In this document: positions 17,533-27,074 of the stretch, one piece after another | Layout: every line of letters starts with the position of its first letter | How positions within the stretch are numbered: position 1 is the stretch's first letter | NCBI GenBank assembly: GCA_003221005.1 | Contig: QHTZ01000067.1 | Span: 38,116 to 102,115, forward strand | Source: Gemmatimonadota bacterium | Lineage (GTDB): Bacteria > Gemmatimonadota > Gemmatimonadetes > Gemmatimonadales > GWC2-71-9 | Direction: 5' to 3' | DNA length: 64,000 bases | Notes under the pieces: model-generated | What the model saw: the letters and a program-made list of their open reading frames with translations, nothing else | What the model was told of the DNA's origin: nothing | Database searches by the model: none | Made by a program: the position numbers and the translations under genes

Positions 17533-18753
17533 CTAATTGGACCGATGAAAGGGGGGGCGCTCGCGGAAGTGCGCAACCAGCACCCGCGCAAGCAACAGAG
17601 AGCCGTGATCGTTAAAGTGGACGTCGTCGTACAGCGCCGTCGTGTCAGCTGGAACCACTTTTGCCGCATCCACACAGTCGAGTCCTCGTTCGCGGCAGAC
17701 CTCGAGCAGGGTCCCGTTGTACCGCGCCATCGCGCGGCTCAGCGCGCGGGTCGTGAAGTACCGCGCAGACTGACGATCCTTGCCCAACCACCCGAACCAT
17801 AGCAGGCGCTCCTCCGCGTCGGACATACCGTCACGCCACGCGCTGGGCTGCGTGACGAACACGAGCCGCACGCGAGCTGCCGCCGCGAGGTCCGCCATCG
17901 CGTTGAGGTTCCGTCGGTACTCGATCAGGGGCCCCTCGAGCGGCGGGAGACTGTCGATCCACTCCTTGGTGTCGTGGCGACGGAGGCGTGCCCCCTGGAG
18001 GAAGCCCGGGCCGCCGCCCCGCCACGCGAGGCTCCGGTTCCGGGCCAACCTCACCCGTCGCGCGAGTTGCCACAGCACCGTCGCTTTGTACCAGGGAACG
18101 TTGAGAGTGCGAATCGCATCTTGAATTCCGCCGGGGACACGTGCGAACGCCCGTTTTAGCTGCTCGTTTTCCGCACCGGGCTCCGTCACGAGCGCAGGAA
18201 GGCGATATCCCCATCCTTGCTGCAGGGCGGACATCATGTCGTTTACCCCGACGAGGGAGACGACGACGTCGATATGGGGATACTGCGGCAGGAGGTACTT
18301 GAGGTGCAGCACATGATCCCGGGTATTCGCGCCGCTACGGCCGACGTTCCCGACCCACACCTGTCTCCCATCCGCCGTTCGGTCGAGATCCGTCTCGAGC
18401 AGGTGGGTCCAGACGTTGGTGTCATCCAGGACCCAACACTGCGTAGTGCTTCCCCCGACGGCGAGGATGCGGTATTCGGTGCGGTCGTCTCCGAAAGGCC
18501 GCCCCCGCACGCCGAAGCGATTGACTCGGACGTGCGACACACCTTCCACGCCGTGGATCACGTCGGGCGCCGCTGTCACCGTCCAGTCCGTGCCTGGCTC
18601 GAGCACGAAGTAGCCGCGGGAGGGCGGCAGCACCTCGCGCAGCACAAGCTCCGCCGCGGCTAGGGCCACGATGACCGACACGGCTGCCAGGGCGAGGTTG
18701 GAAAGAGCCCCAGCGATGCGAGCGCGCCAAGTCGCCGGGGAGCCTGGGAGCAC
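17533..18753 (-). CDS. Membrane-anchored SGNH/GDSL-type hydrolase (esterase or acyl-transfer family)
   Basis: N-terminal TM helix. SGNH blocks ILAVGGSTTQC, GNVGRSGANT, LVGVNDMM and DDVHFNDHG. Confidence 0.7.
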   Translation of the reverse strand: MLPGSPATWRARIAGALSNLALAAVSVIVALAAAELVLREVLPPSRGYFVLEPGTDWTVTAAPDVIHGVEGVSHVRVNRFGVRGRPFGDDRTEYRILAVGGSTTQCWVLDDTNVWTHLLETDLDRTADGRQVWVGNVGRSGANTRDHVLHLKYLLPQYPHIDVVVSLVGVNDMMSALQQGWGYRLPALVTEPGAENEQLKRAFARVPGGIQDAIRTLNVPWYKATVLWQLARRVRLARNRSLAWRGGGPGFLQGARLRRHDTKEWIDSLPPLEGPLIEYRRNLNAMADLAAAARVRLVFVTQPSAWRDGMSDAEERLLWFGWLGKDRQSARYFTTRALSRAMARYNGTLLEVCRERGLDCVDAAKVVPADTTALYDDVHFNDHGSLLLARVLVAHFRERPPFHRSN

Positions 18754-18779
18754 CGGAGCTCCGATCGTGCCGCCCAGTT

Positions 18780-20147
18780 CTACCCCACGGCCCGATTCAC
18801 CGGAAGCTGTTCCGCCGAACGGTGTCCCGCTTCACGGCGTTCGAGCCCGCTCCACAGAGCATCGAACTCGCTCACCCGCGGGCCGTCTCCCGTGCGCGCA
18901 CTCACTTCCTGGTGCAGCAGGTCGCGAATCTCGCGATAGAAGTCGGTGGAGTAAGTCCCGCGGAACATCATCGCGAGATCGTCCGAGTCGGCCCAATTTG
19001 CCTTGCCCCTGAGGTCCATCCGCACCCGCTCGTAGAACGGCGTCCCCGGCAACGGATAGGCGACTGACACCCCAATATCATCGGGCGCTTCGTCCCGGAT
19101 CAGATCGCGCGTCTGGAGGATCGCATTCCAATCCTCGCCGGGATACCCCAGCTGGACGAACCAGCAGGCCCGGATGCCGTGCTGCTTGAGACGTTGCGTC
19201 CCTTCGCGAATCTCGTCGACCGTGGTCCCCTTATCCATGGCCTCCAGTACATGCTGCGCCCCGGACTCGACGCCCAGCCACACCTCCTCGCAGCGCGCCT
19301 CGGCCAACGCCTCGACCGCGGTCGGCGTCATGAGGTTGACCCGGGACTGCATCGTGAACGGCAGCGCGGCGCTCCGGGACCGGACCTCTGCAGCGAACGC
19401 CTCGATCCACCGGGGCGTCAAGCCGAAGATATCGTCCGCGAACCACACGTGGTCGGGGGCCACGGCTCGCCGGAGCTGCGCGAGCTCTTCCGCCACGTTC
19501 GCCGCGCTCCGTTGCGTGTACCGCCGCCCGAAGACCGGTTTGGCACACCAGTTGCAGGCGTATGGACAGCCGCGAGACGTACAGACGTTCCAGGAGAGCC
19601 GGCCGTGCGCCGCCGTCCACGCGACGCGGTACTGCTCGACATCGATCAGATCCCACGCCGGGAACGGGAGGGCGTCCAACTCCGTGCTCGAACGACGTGC
19701 GGGCGTCCGGCGAATCGAAGACCGCGCGGCGGCGGACCCCGCAATCGCCAGTCCCGCAACCCGCGAGAGATCGGCATCGGGATCGTCGCTCCACCGGGTC
19801 GTGAGGTCGAGAAAGGTCTCCTCGGCCTCCCCCAGGATCACCGCGTCCGCGCCCACGTGCAGGTAGGCCGCCGTCTGATCGATGGCGTCCGAGCCGTTGA
19901 CCACGACCCGCGCGCCAGCCGACTTTGCCGCGCTGATCATCTCGAAGGCGGCTTCGCGCATCCGCGTCGTGCACATCTTGGTGAGGAAATTGAAATTGTC
20001 CTCGAGGATGCCGACGACCTTCGGGCGCGCGGCGTGCAACAGATCGCGGAATTCTTCCACCCCCTCCGACAGCATCGCGTCGAAGAACGTGAAGTGGCGG
20101 CGCTCGCGTCGCAGCAGCGCCGCCGCGATGAGCGTCGAAAGGCTCAC
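18780..20147 (-). CDS. B12-binding-domain radical SAM enzyme (#3)
   Basis: VVVNGSDAIDQ...VILGEAEETFLDL and CxxxCxxC in TSRGCPYACNWCAK. The start is set at the GTG at 20145-20147, which overlaps the upstream stop (GTGA). Confidence 0.8.
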   Translation of the reverse strand: MSLSTLIAAALLRRERRHFTFFDAMLSEGVEEFRDLLHAARPKVVGILEDNFNFLTKMCTTRMREAAFEMISAAKSAGARVVVNGSDAIDQTAAYLHVGADAVILGEAEETFLDLTTRWSDDPDADLSRVAGLAIAGSAAARSSIRRTPARRSSTELDALPFPAWDLIDVEQYRVAWTAAHGRLSWNVCTSRGCPYACNWCAKPVFGRRYTQRSAANVAEELAQLRRAVAPDHVWFADDIFGLTPRWIEAFAAEVRSRSAALPFTMQSRVNLMTPTAVEALAEARCEEVWLGVESGAQHVLEAMDKGTTVDEIREGTQRLKQHGIRACWFVQLGYPGEDWNAILQTRDLIRDEAPDDIGVSVAYPLPGTPFYERVRMDLRGKANWADSDDLAMMFRGTYSTDFYREIRDLLHQEVSARTGDGPRVSEFDALWSGLERREAGHRSAEQLPVNRAVG

Positions 20148-21292
20148 CTGGGCCTCGCGGCGCCGGGCCGGGACACCAGGTCCGTCAGCAACCCAACCGC
20201 ACCCGTGAGGTCCGCGGCGCCCGACAGACGGTAGCCACCGCTCCGGGACCAATGCGCGGCGATGTGGTCAGGCGTCCCGAACCGGTGCTCCTGCGGGATC
20301 GCACCGTGCCGGAAGTCTTCGAGGAACGTATCAGGGGCCAGGGGCTCGAGGCGCGCGCGGCTCCCATTTCGGGGACCCAGCAGCACGGTGGCGACGCGCC
20401 GGGCGCGGCGCACCGCGGGTGTGGACGAAGGGAAGAGATCGAGCCGATACTTAGCGTCCGCTCCACTGCCCGCCGCCGTGGCCGCGTCTTCGAGGGCGAG
20501 GAGTCGCGCTGCATCGGGGCGCAACGTCACGTCGCGTACGGCGGAAAGGATGTCGTCCGGGTCGCTCCGGGCAGCCAGCACGCTTTCGTCCCCCAGCACT
20601 CCCAGACCCGACCGATACGCGGCAGCGACCAGGGTGGACTTGCCCGCGCCGGCCGCACCTCGAATCACCACGGCTCCCACCGGCCCGCTCACCGCACCGG
20701 CATGCAGCACGCAGTACCCGCGCCGAGCGAGCAGGGCCGCCGCGGGTGTCTCCAAGAGCAACCGCGCGACGAGCGAGAACTCATGCGTCACCAGTCGTGC
20801 GGAGACTCGGCCGATCAAGTACCCAGCGGCGCAGTCGATGCGAGCCCACAGGTGGTCGCCGAGGGAGAGCTCTGCGTGGTCGGTGCCGACGCCCCACCGC
20901 TCCGTGAGGGCCGCTGAAGGGCGAGCGCCATCGCTCTCCCCCTGCACGTCGATCGCAAACGCGATCGGCACCTCCGTGCGCCCAGTTGACCGCAGGCCGG
21001 GCCGGACGCGATCCCAGAGACGATCCGCCAACTCAAGGATCCGGGCGTCATTGGTCCGGATCCGGATCGCGTCACGGGGAACCACGTACCATGCTTCGCG
21101 GCGCAATCCGCCGTTCCAGCGGGACGACGTGGCCAACCTCCATTCCGTGAGAAAGTCGAACGACGGGATGCTTCGGACCCACGAAAGACAGCAAGCTAAC
21201 GGACTCGCCAACGCCCCGACACCCCCCGGCCACGCGTCCTCCCGTCGCGCCCGATTGACCGCCGGATTGCAACGTGTCAGCGTTCTGCGCAT
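20144..21292 (-). CDS. HprK-related P-loop kinase-like protein
   Basis: LHAGAVSGPVGAVVIRGAAGAGKSTLVAAAY matches the HPr kinase C-terminal domain pattern. The 5' end is uncertain. The ATG at 21292 shares a CATG with the divergent GT4 start, so the true start is probably 100-200 nt further in. Confidence 0.6.
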   Translation of the reverse strand: MRRTLTRCNPAVNRARREDAWPGGVGALASPLACCLSWVRSIPSFDFLTEWRLATSSRWNGGLRREAWYVVPRDAIRIRTNDARILELADRLWDRVRPGLRSTGRTEVPIAFAIDVQGESDGARPSAALTERWGVGTDHAELSLGDHLWARIDCAAGYLIGRVSARLVTHEFSLVARLLLETPAAALLARRGYCVLHAGAVSGPVGAVVIRGAAGAGKSTLVAAAYRSGLGVLGDESVLAARSDPDDILSAVRDVTLRPDAARLLALEDAATAAGSGADAKYRLDLFPSSTPAVRRARRVATVLLGPRNGSRARLEPLAPDTFLEDFRHGAIPQEHRFGTPDHIAAHWSRSGGYRLSGAADLTGAVGLLTDLVSRPGAARPR

Positions 21293-22406
21293 GGTACTCG
21301 TCGATGGCCACGGGCCCCGGGTCGCTTGGGTGGGAGTACATCTCGATCCGCTGGGTCGCGGCGCCGACGCGCTGCTTGCGGGGGGCTGGCGCGGGTTCGG
21401 CCGCGCCGCGGCGGCGGCCCACCGCGCCGGGGCGCGCGTGGCGATCGTTCAGGCGGCCTGGGAGACTGCCGAACGGGAGATCGAAGGTGTGCCCTGTTAC
21501 TTCGTCCGCCCACGACGGCTGCTCGAGCGCGTCGCGGCCCACGCCCCCGACCTGATCCATTTTGAGGGGCTACGCTTTCCCCGCAAGCTGCGTGCGCTCG
21601 CCGCGGCGCTTCCAGGCGTCCCCATCCTCGCGCAGGACCACGGCACAACGTGCCCGCGGGGCTGGCGGCGCTGGTGGTACCGCTGGGGGTTCGCTCCGCT
21701 CGCCGGCGTCGCGTTCACAGCGCAGTCGCAAGCCGTGCCCTTCTTCTCCGCCAGCGTTCTTCGCGTGAATCTCCCGATCTTCGAGGTGATCGGGATATCG
21801 AGCCCGTTCACGCCCGGCGACCACGGGGCGGCTCGCGTGGAGGCGGGACTGGACGGCGACCCATGTCTCCTCTGCGCGGGGAACCTCGAGCCAAACAAGG
21901 ATCCGCTCACGGTGCTTGCCGCTGTGTCGCGTGCGGCGTCTGAGTTCCCTGGCCTGCGGCTGTACATGTGCTTCCGCAACGCGCCCCTGCTCGGCGCCGT
22001 CCAAGCACGCGTGGCGGGCGATCCGGCCCTCGCTGATCGGGTACGGTTACTGGGCGAGGTGCCCTACCCCGAGATCGAAACGTATTTCCGGGCCGCGGAC
22101 TTCCTCATTCAGGCGAGTCACATCGAAGCGAGCGGCGGAGCCGTCATCGAGGCGCTTGCCTGTGGGACGACACCGCTCGTCACCGATATCCCGTCATTCC
22201 GGCGGATCACCGGCGACGGGGAGTTCGGTGCACTCGTTCCCGTTGAGGACGCGGTGGCGTTCGCCGCCGCGATCCGCGACTGGAGCCGGAGGGACGGCGG
22301 CACGCTCCGCAGGCGGGCACGCGAGCACTTCGAGCGGGATTTGTCCTTCGACGCGATCGGGGGCCAGCTGCGCGCGGCCTATGAGGCGGTCCTCGCCCGA
22401 CGATGA
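21291..22406 (+). CDS. GT4-family glycosyltransferase
   Basis: C-terminal GT-B motifs (FLIQASHIEASGGAVIEALACGTTPLVTD). The 714-aa track ORF was trimmed to the ATG at 21291. Confidence 0.8.
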   Translation: MVLVDGHGPRVAWVGVHLDPLGRGADALLAGGWRGFGRAAAAAHRAGARVAIVQAAWETAEREIEGVPCYFVRPRRLLERVAAHAPDLIHFEGLRFPRKLRALAAALPGVPILAQDHGTTCPRGWRRWWYRWGFAPLAGVAFTAQSQAVPFFSASVLRVNLPIFEVIGISSPFTPGDHGAARVEAGLDGDPCLLCAGNLEPNKDPLTVLAAVSRAASEFPGLRLYMCFRNAPLLGAVQARVAGDPALADRVRLLGEVPYPEIETYFRAADFLIQASHIEASGGAVIEALACGTTPLVTDIPSFRRITGDGEFGALVPVEDAVAFAAAIRDWSRRDGGTLRRRAREHFERDLSFDAIGGQLRAAYEAVLARR

Positions 22407-23458
22407 ACGCGCCGACCTGGCATGTCCGGCCGTACCGGCTGGGAGATGAGCGTGCGCTCGTCGCGCTGTGGGCCGAGGCGTTCAACCGGCCGATGACCGA
22501 AGCGCACTGGCGCTGGAAGGTGAAGGGAAGGCCCACGCCGGTAGAAAACGTCGGTATCGCCGTCGCGGCCGACGACCGACCGATCTTTCAGTTCGTGGGG
22601 ATCCCCTGCCCCGCCGTCGTGCTAGGGGCGCCGCGCACGGTGATGGTCGGGGCGGACGTCGTGACCGCCCGGGAGTTCAGACGCCGCGGCGTGTTCACGA
22701 CCGCTGCGCACCGCTTGTTCGACAGCTGGCGCGAGGCGGGCATAGCGCTGGTCCTCGGCCTGGCGAACGATCGCTGGGGCTCGCGCGCCGAAGCACTCGG
22801 CTACGAGCGCTACTTCGAGTTGCGCTGGCGGATCCGGTTCTTGCGGCCGGAGCGCATACTGGCCCGCAAGGCCCACCTCCCGGCGCTCGCCCGCCTGCGC
22901 GGACTCGGCAATCTGTGGAACCGCGCGTGGGATCTGGTGCCGCCAGGCGCGGGCGGAATTACCGTCCGGCCCCTCGTCTCCGCGGCGCCCGACATCGACA
23001 CGATCTGGGAGCGCGGGGCGAGGCACGTGGCGACCTCCCTCGTGCGCGACCGCCCCTGGGTGGAGTGGCGCTACTGCAATCCGCCGGACGGCGACTACCG
23101 TCTCACGCTAGCAGAGCGCGCGGGCTCGCCCGTCGGGTATGCGGCCTGTCGCGTGGTACAGATGGACGGCCGAACTTCCGTCCGCCTGGCCGAGATCTTC
23201 GCGCCCGGCGACCCGATGGCGCTACGCGCGCTCGTGCGGGACGTGGTCACGCGCGCTGCGGTCGAGGACGCCGACGTCGTGGTCACCCTTGCCGTTCCTG
23301 GGAGCCACATGGATCGCGAGTTACGGCGCGCCGGGTTTCTCTTTTGTCCCGGCGCGTATCGGTTGGAGGCGATCCGGCTGGACCCCACCATCCCTCCGGC
23401 GCTGCTGCGGGACCCGCGGGGGTGGTGGCTCGCTGGCGGCGACTTTGATGTCGTTTAG
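22403..23458 (+). CDS. Large GNAT-family N-acyltransferase (two-lobed, MshD/Eis-like size)
   Basis: VRPYRLGDERALVALWAEAF... and VVTAREFRRRGVFTTAAHRLF (the acyl-CoA-binding R/Q-x-x-G-x-G/A region). ATGA overlap with the GT4 stop. Confidence 0.7.
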   Translation: MNAPTWHVRPYRLGDERALVALWAEAFNRPMTEAHWRWKVKGRPTPVENVGIAVAADDRPIFQFVGIPCPAVVLGAPRTVMVGADVVTAREFRRRGVFTTAAHRLFDSWREAGIALVLGLANDRWGSRAEALGYERYFELRWRIRFLRPERILARKAHLPALARLRGLGNLWNRAWDLVPPGAGGITVRPLVSAAPDIDTIWERGARHVATSLVRDRPWVEWRYCNPPDGDYRLTLAERAGSPVGYAACRVVQMDGRTSVRLAEIFAPGDPMALRALVRDVVTRAAVEDADVVVTLAVPGSHMDRELRRAGFLFCPGAYRLEAIRLDPTIPPALLRDPRGWWLAGGDFDVV

Positions 23459-24332
23459 GCTCAAGCGGGCCGTCCTGGCGAGCGCGACGGCGGTTTGGTC
23501 CGGCGCCGCGCGGGCGGCCGGGCTGTGCGCGAGCGGACGGCCGGACCTCTGGCACTCCCCCGGCGGACAACGGGTGCTGGTGGTGGCACCCCACCCCGAC
23601 GACGAGATCGCGTGTGCCGGCACCCTGCTCCTCCACCGACGGGCCGGCGACGTGCTGCATGTGGCACACGCCACCGACGGTTGCGCCGCTCGGGCCGGAG
23701 GTCTCACACGGGGCGAGATGCACGACCGCCGGCGAGAAGAGGCTCGGGTGGCCGCTGACTTGCTCGGTGTCGCCGGGGCGCACTGGCTCGGCCTGCGCGA
23801 GGGCGACTGGGAGGAGGCGGCGCTCGTGCCCGCACTGCGCGACCTGGTGCGGCAGACGGCACCGCACGTCCTCTACGCCCCCTCGCGCGTCGACTTCCAC
23901 CCCGAGCACGTCCGCGTCGCCAGGGGTCTCGCCGCCGCCCTGTCGGGCGACGGAGCGCTCGGGTGCACGATCCGCGTGTACGAGGTGCAGGTGCCGCTTA
24001 CGCCCGTGCTGGTCAACTTCGTGACGCCGATCGGCGCTGTGGTTGACGAGCTCATTGGGGCTATGGAGTGCTACCCGACCCAGCTCGGGAGCATCGAGCG
24101 GCTGCTGCGCATGAAGCGTTATGCCGCGTCGTTCTACGGGTTGTCGCAGCTGGCGGAGGAGTTCTGGCAGATGGATCCGGCGGCGTACCGGCGCGCGCAC
24201 GCGGCGCGGGCCGCGCCCGAGGCAGACGGCGCATTCCGGGGCGTGCGGGCGCGACCGTTCACCGATCCGCTCTCATATCTCCGAGGGCTGGGCGCGAGAC
24301 GGCAGCTGCGGGACGTGTCGCAGGGTCCGTGA
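23448..24332 (+). CDS. PIG-L/LmbE-family N-acetylglucosaminyl deacetylase
   Basis: VLVVAPHPDDEIACAGTLL and the HPEH motif. Start trimmed to MSFRLKRAV, giving an 11-nt overlap with the GNAT gene. Confidence 0.85.
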   Translation: MSFRLKRAVLASATAVWSGAARAAGLCASGRPDLWHSPGGQRVLVVAPHPDDEIACAGTLLLHRRAGDVLHVAHATDGCAARAGGLTRGEMHDRRREEARVAADLLGVAGAHWLGLREGDWEEAALVPALRDLVRQTAPHVLYAPSRVDFHPEHVRVARGLAAALSGDGALGCTIRVYEVQVPLTPVLVNFVTPIGAVVDELIGAMECYPTQLGSIERLLRMKRYAASFYGLSQLAEEFWQMDPAAYRRAHAARAAPEADGAFRGVRARPFTDPLSYLRGLGARRQLRDVSQGP

Positions 24333-25456
24333 AGCTCGGGCTCGTGGTCCCGGGTGGCGTGGCGCGCACGTCGGAGGACGGTCGGATCCCGTGCCTGCAC
24401 TGGCTCATCGAGCGGCTCGCACGGCGCCATGAGGTCCACGTCTACTCCCTCCGTGGCGCGCCGCGGCCAGACCGCTATTCCTTCCTTGGGGCGACCGTTC
24501 ATCACGCCGGTGTGCGCCCGCTGAGTCTGCGGACGCTCGCGGCGATCGTGGCGGAGCACGGCCGGAGGCCGTTCGACCTGCTGCACGCGTTCTGGGTCAC
24601 GCCGCCGGGAGTCATCGCCGCGTGGGCGGGCACGATGATTCGGCGCCCTGTGTTGCTCCACGTCGGGGGGAACGAGGTGGTCGCGCTGCCTGAGATTCGC
24701 TACGGCGGCCTGTCCACGCGGCGTGGCCGGTTCTGGGTTCGCGTCGGCCTAGCGGGCGCGACCCGGATCACGGCCGCGAGCCAGCCGATGCTCGACGTCA
24801 TCCGGGCGCGGGGGCACACGGCCGAGCGGGTGCCGCTGGGCGTCGCGCTCGAGCGGTGGTGCGTCGCGGCGCCGCGGCCGCGCCGTGCGGGAGCGACGGC
24901 GCGCCTCGTCCACGTGGCGGACCTCAATCTGGTGAAGGATCAAACCACGCTGCTCGAAGCGGCGCGACGCCTCGCCGAGCGCGGCGTCGTCTTCCAGCTT
25001 GACATCGCGGGCCGGGACACCCTTGGGGGCGCGGTCGCCAACCTCGCCCGGCAGTGTGGCGTTGGTGACCACGTACGCTTCCACGGGCATCTGCCGCACG
25101 AACGTCTTCACGCGCTCGTGACGGAAGCCGATCTGTTGTGGCTGTCGTCACGACACGAGGCGGGGCCGCTCGTGGTTCTCGAGGCGGCGGTTGTGGGCGT
25201 CCCTACGGTGGGGACAGCGGTGGGCCACGTGGCGGAGTGGGCGCCCGAGGCTGCAGTAGCAGTTCCCGTGTGTGATCCTGAGGCACTCGCCCGGGAGACG
25301 GTGAGACTGTTAGGAGACGAGGCGCGACGGCTGTCGCTGGCGCGCGAAGCCCAGCGCCGGGCGCTCGCGTGCGATGCCGATTGGACCGCCTGCCGCTTCG
25401 AGTCGCTGTACGACAAGATCGTCAACGGAGCCAGACCGAACGGTCGCGATCGATGA
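24329..25456 (+). CDS. GT4-family glycosyltransferase
   Basis: VKLGLVVPGGVARTSEDG... and LLWLSSRHEAGPLVVLEAAVVGVPTVGT. The GTG overlaps the deacetylase stop (GTGA). Confidence 0.8.
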   Translation: MKLGLVVPGGVARTSEDGRIPCLHWLIERLARRHEVHVYSLRGAPRPDRYSFLGATVHHAGVRPLSLRTLAAIVAEHGRRPFDLLHAFWVTPPGVIAAWAGTMIRRPVLLHVGGNEVVALPEIRYGGLSTRRGRFWVRVGLAGATRITAASQPMLDVIRARGHTAERVPLGVALERWCVAAPRPRRAGATARLVHVADLNLVKDQTTLLEAARRLAERGVVFQLDIAGRDTLGGAVANLARQCGVGDHVRFHGHLPHERLHALVTEADLLWLSSRHEAGPLVVLEAAVVGVPTVGTAVGHVAEWAPEAAVAVPVCDPEALARETVRLLGDEARRLSLAREAQRRALACDADWTACRFESLYDKIVNGARPNGRDR

Positions 25457-25595
25457 GATCGCCCGTGCGCAGGATTTCGTCTCGGTAGCAATCAGTCACC
25501 AGCCCTGGAGATGCCGCTGCAGATCGAAGGAGGACGACGTCGTGCCCGTGCTGGGAGCGCCGGCGATGATGAAGTTCGGAAGCCGCGCGGCGGGC

Positions 25596-27074
25596 TCAGA
25601 ACCCACTGGTCTCGGGTCGTTGATAGCGCACGAGTCGTTGCAGCGCTTGCAGTTCGAGCGGCAAACCGTAAAGGCGCGTCCGGTATCGCCACGCGCTCAC
25701 CCCGCGGAGCACCCTGCGCCACATGCCCGTCAGATGCGCGTCGGTGGACGTCGGATAGTACGCATTGAGCACGCGCTCAAAATCGCGGACTCGCTGCCGC
25801 AGGGCGCGATTGAGCCAGGGCACCACGTCGCTGTACCGTTGCGCAAACCGTTGCCAAGGGTCGCTGATCCATTCGTCGAGCGTTTTGGGAAAATGAAAGC
25901 CCTCCGCCTGCGCTGCGTCGTACAAGTCGCCTGCGAGCGGTACTGGCGTGTAGTTGTACATGATGATCTCGCTGCGCGAATTGATCACCTTGACGCGGCG
26001 GATGAACTCGATCGTGTGGCGCACGTCGCCTTCCGCGTCTGGCGGGTTCCCCAACACAAACGAAAATTCTGGCACGATGTCGTAGTCCTTCATCTTACCG
26101 GCTAACTCGAGCGTCTTGTCGGGCGACATCGTGCCGCCCTTGTCCATTCGCTGTAACGTCTCGAGCGATCCAGATTCCGCGCCCAGAAAAACCATCTTCA
26201 GACCCGAATCGCGCATCAGGCGCCACGTCTTCTCGGAGTACTTCAGCAGCGTGTCAATGCGCGCCTCGCCCCACCACGCCAGCCCGAGCGGCAGGATGCG
26301 TTCGGCGAATTCCGCAGTGCGCGCCTCGTGGGTGAAGAAATTGTTGTCGTAGAATTCGATCGCGTTGATGCGCCATTCGTTCACGTACATTTGCGCAATG
26401 TCGGCCACGCGCGCCGCGGCCTGAGGCAGCCAGCGCCCGTTCACCATGTTCACCACGGCGCAAAAATTACAAAAGAAGGGACAGCCGTAGCTCGAATGAT
26501 GTGGCAGAGTGCGCGACCCGAGGAAGGTCGGTCGGATGTAGCGCTGAATGTCAATCCGATGATAGGGGAACGGCGGGAGACGGTCGGGGTGCGGAATTGG
26601 CGCGAGTCCATTCTGCACTACCTGGCCGCTCGCATCCCGATATGCCAACCCTGCGATGCCACCATGATCGGAATTCTTCCCCAATGCATCCAGCAAATTC
26701 AGGAACACCGTCTCGCCGTGGCCGCGCACCGTGAAGTCGACCGCGGGGTCCTGGAGAATCACGTCTGAGTGCTGTGTCGGGAAATAGCCGCCCCACACGA
26801 TCTGCAGATGCGGAAATTCCCTCTTCAAGGCGCGCGAATGCGGCACCGCCCACGCCAGCTGCGGTCCGGGCATCACCGTGATCGCCAACAGATTCGCGCC
26901 CGCCGTGATTCGCGCTCGCAGCGTCGTCAGCGCGTCGCCTTCGCAATTCCCGTCCACCAGGGTGTACTCGTAGTTGCCTTCGAGCAGCGCGCCCAACGCG
27001 AGCAGCGACATAGGCAAGATCCGCTTACCCGAGCCGTTGCTCACGGGATTGTAGAACACAATGTTCGGCCTCAT
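25596..27074 (-). CDS. B12-binding-domain radical SAM enzyme (#4)
   Basis: MRPNIVFYNPVSNGSGKRILPMSLLALGALL, VRGHGETVFLNLL and CxxxCxxC in SSYGCPFFCNFCA. ATGA overlap with the upstream methyltransferase. Confidence 0.85.
   Translation of the reverse strand: MRPNIVFYNPVSNGSGKRILPMSLLALGALLEGNYEYTLVDGNCEGDALTTLRARITAGANLLAITVMPGPQLAWAVPHSRALKREFPHLQIVWGGYFPTQHSDVILQDPAVDFTVRGHGETVFLNLLDALGKNSDHGGIAGLAYRDASGQVVQNGLAPIPHPDRLPPFPYHRIDIQRYIRPTFLGSRTLPHHSSYGCPFFCNFCAVVNMVNGRWLPQAAARVADIAQMYVNEWRINAIEFYDNNFFTHEARTAEFAERILPLGLAWWGEARIDTLLKYSEKTWRLMRDSGLKMVFLGAESGSLETLQRMDKGGTMSPDKTLELAGKMKDYDIVPEFSFVLGNPPDAEGDVRHTIEFIRRVKVINSRSEIIMYNYTPVPLAGDLYDAAQAEGFHFPKTLDEWISDPWQRFAQRYSDVVPWLNRALRQRVRDFERVLNAYYPTSTDAHLTGMWRRVLRGVSAWRYRTRLYGLPLELQALQRLVRYQRPETSGF

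Noticed and set aside
21291-25456. Calling this block a mycothiol or bacillithiol operon (mshA/mshD/mshB).
   Set aside because: Only the enzyme classes match. There is no Cys ligase (MshC/BshC) in the window, an extra GT4 is present, and the block is embedded among radical SAM genes. I kept it as an analogy only.
25457-25595. A possible small ORF or precursor in the convergent spacer between the GT4 and radical SAM #4 (part of ORF 25511..25768).
   Set aside because: It is mostly antisense to the radical SAM gene's 3' end, has no RBS and has junk-like composition.
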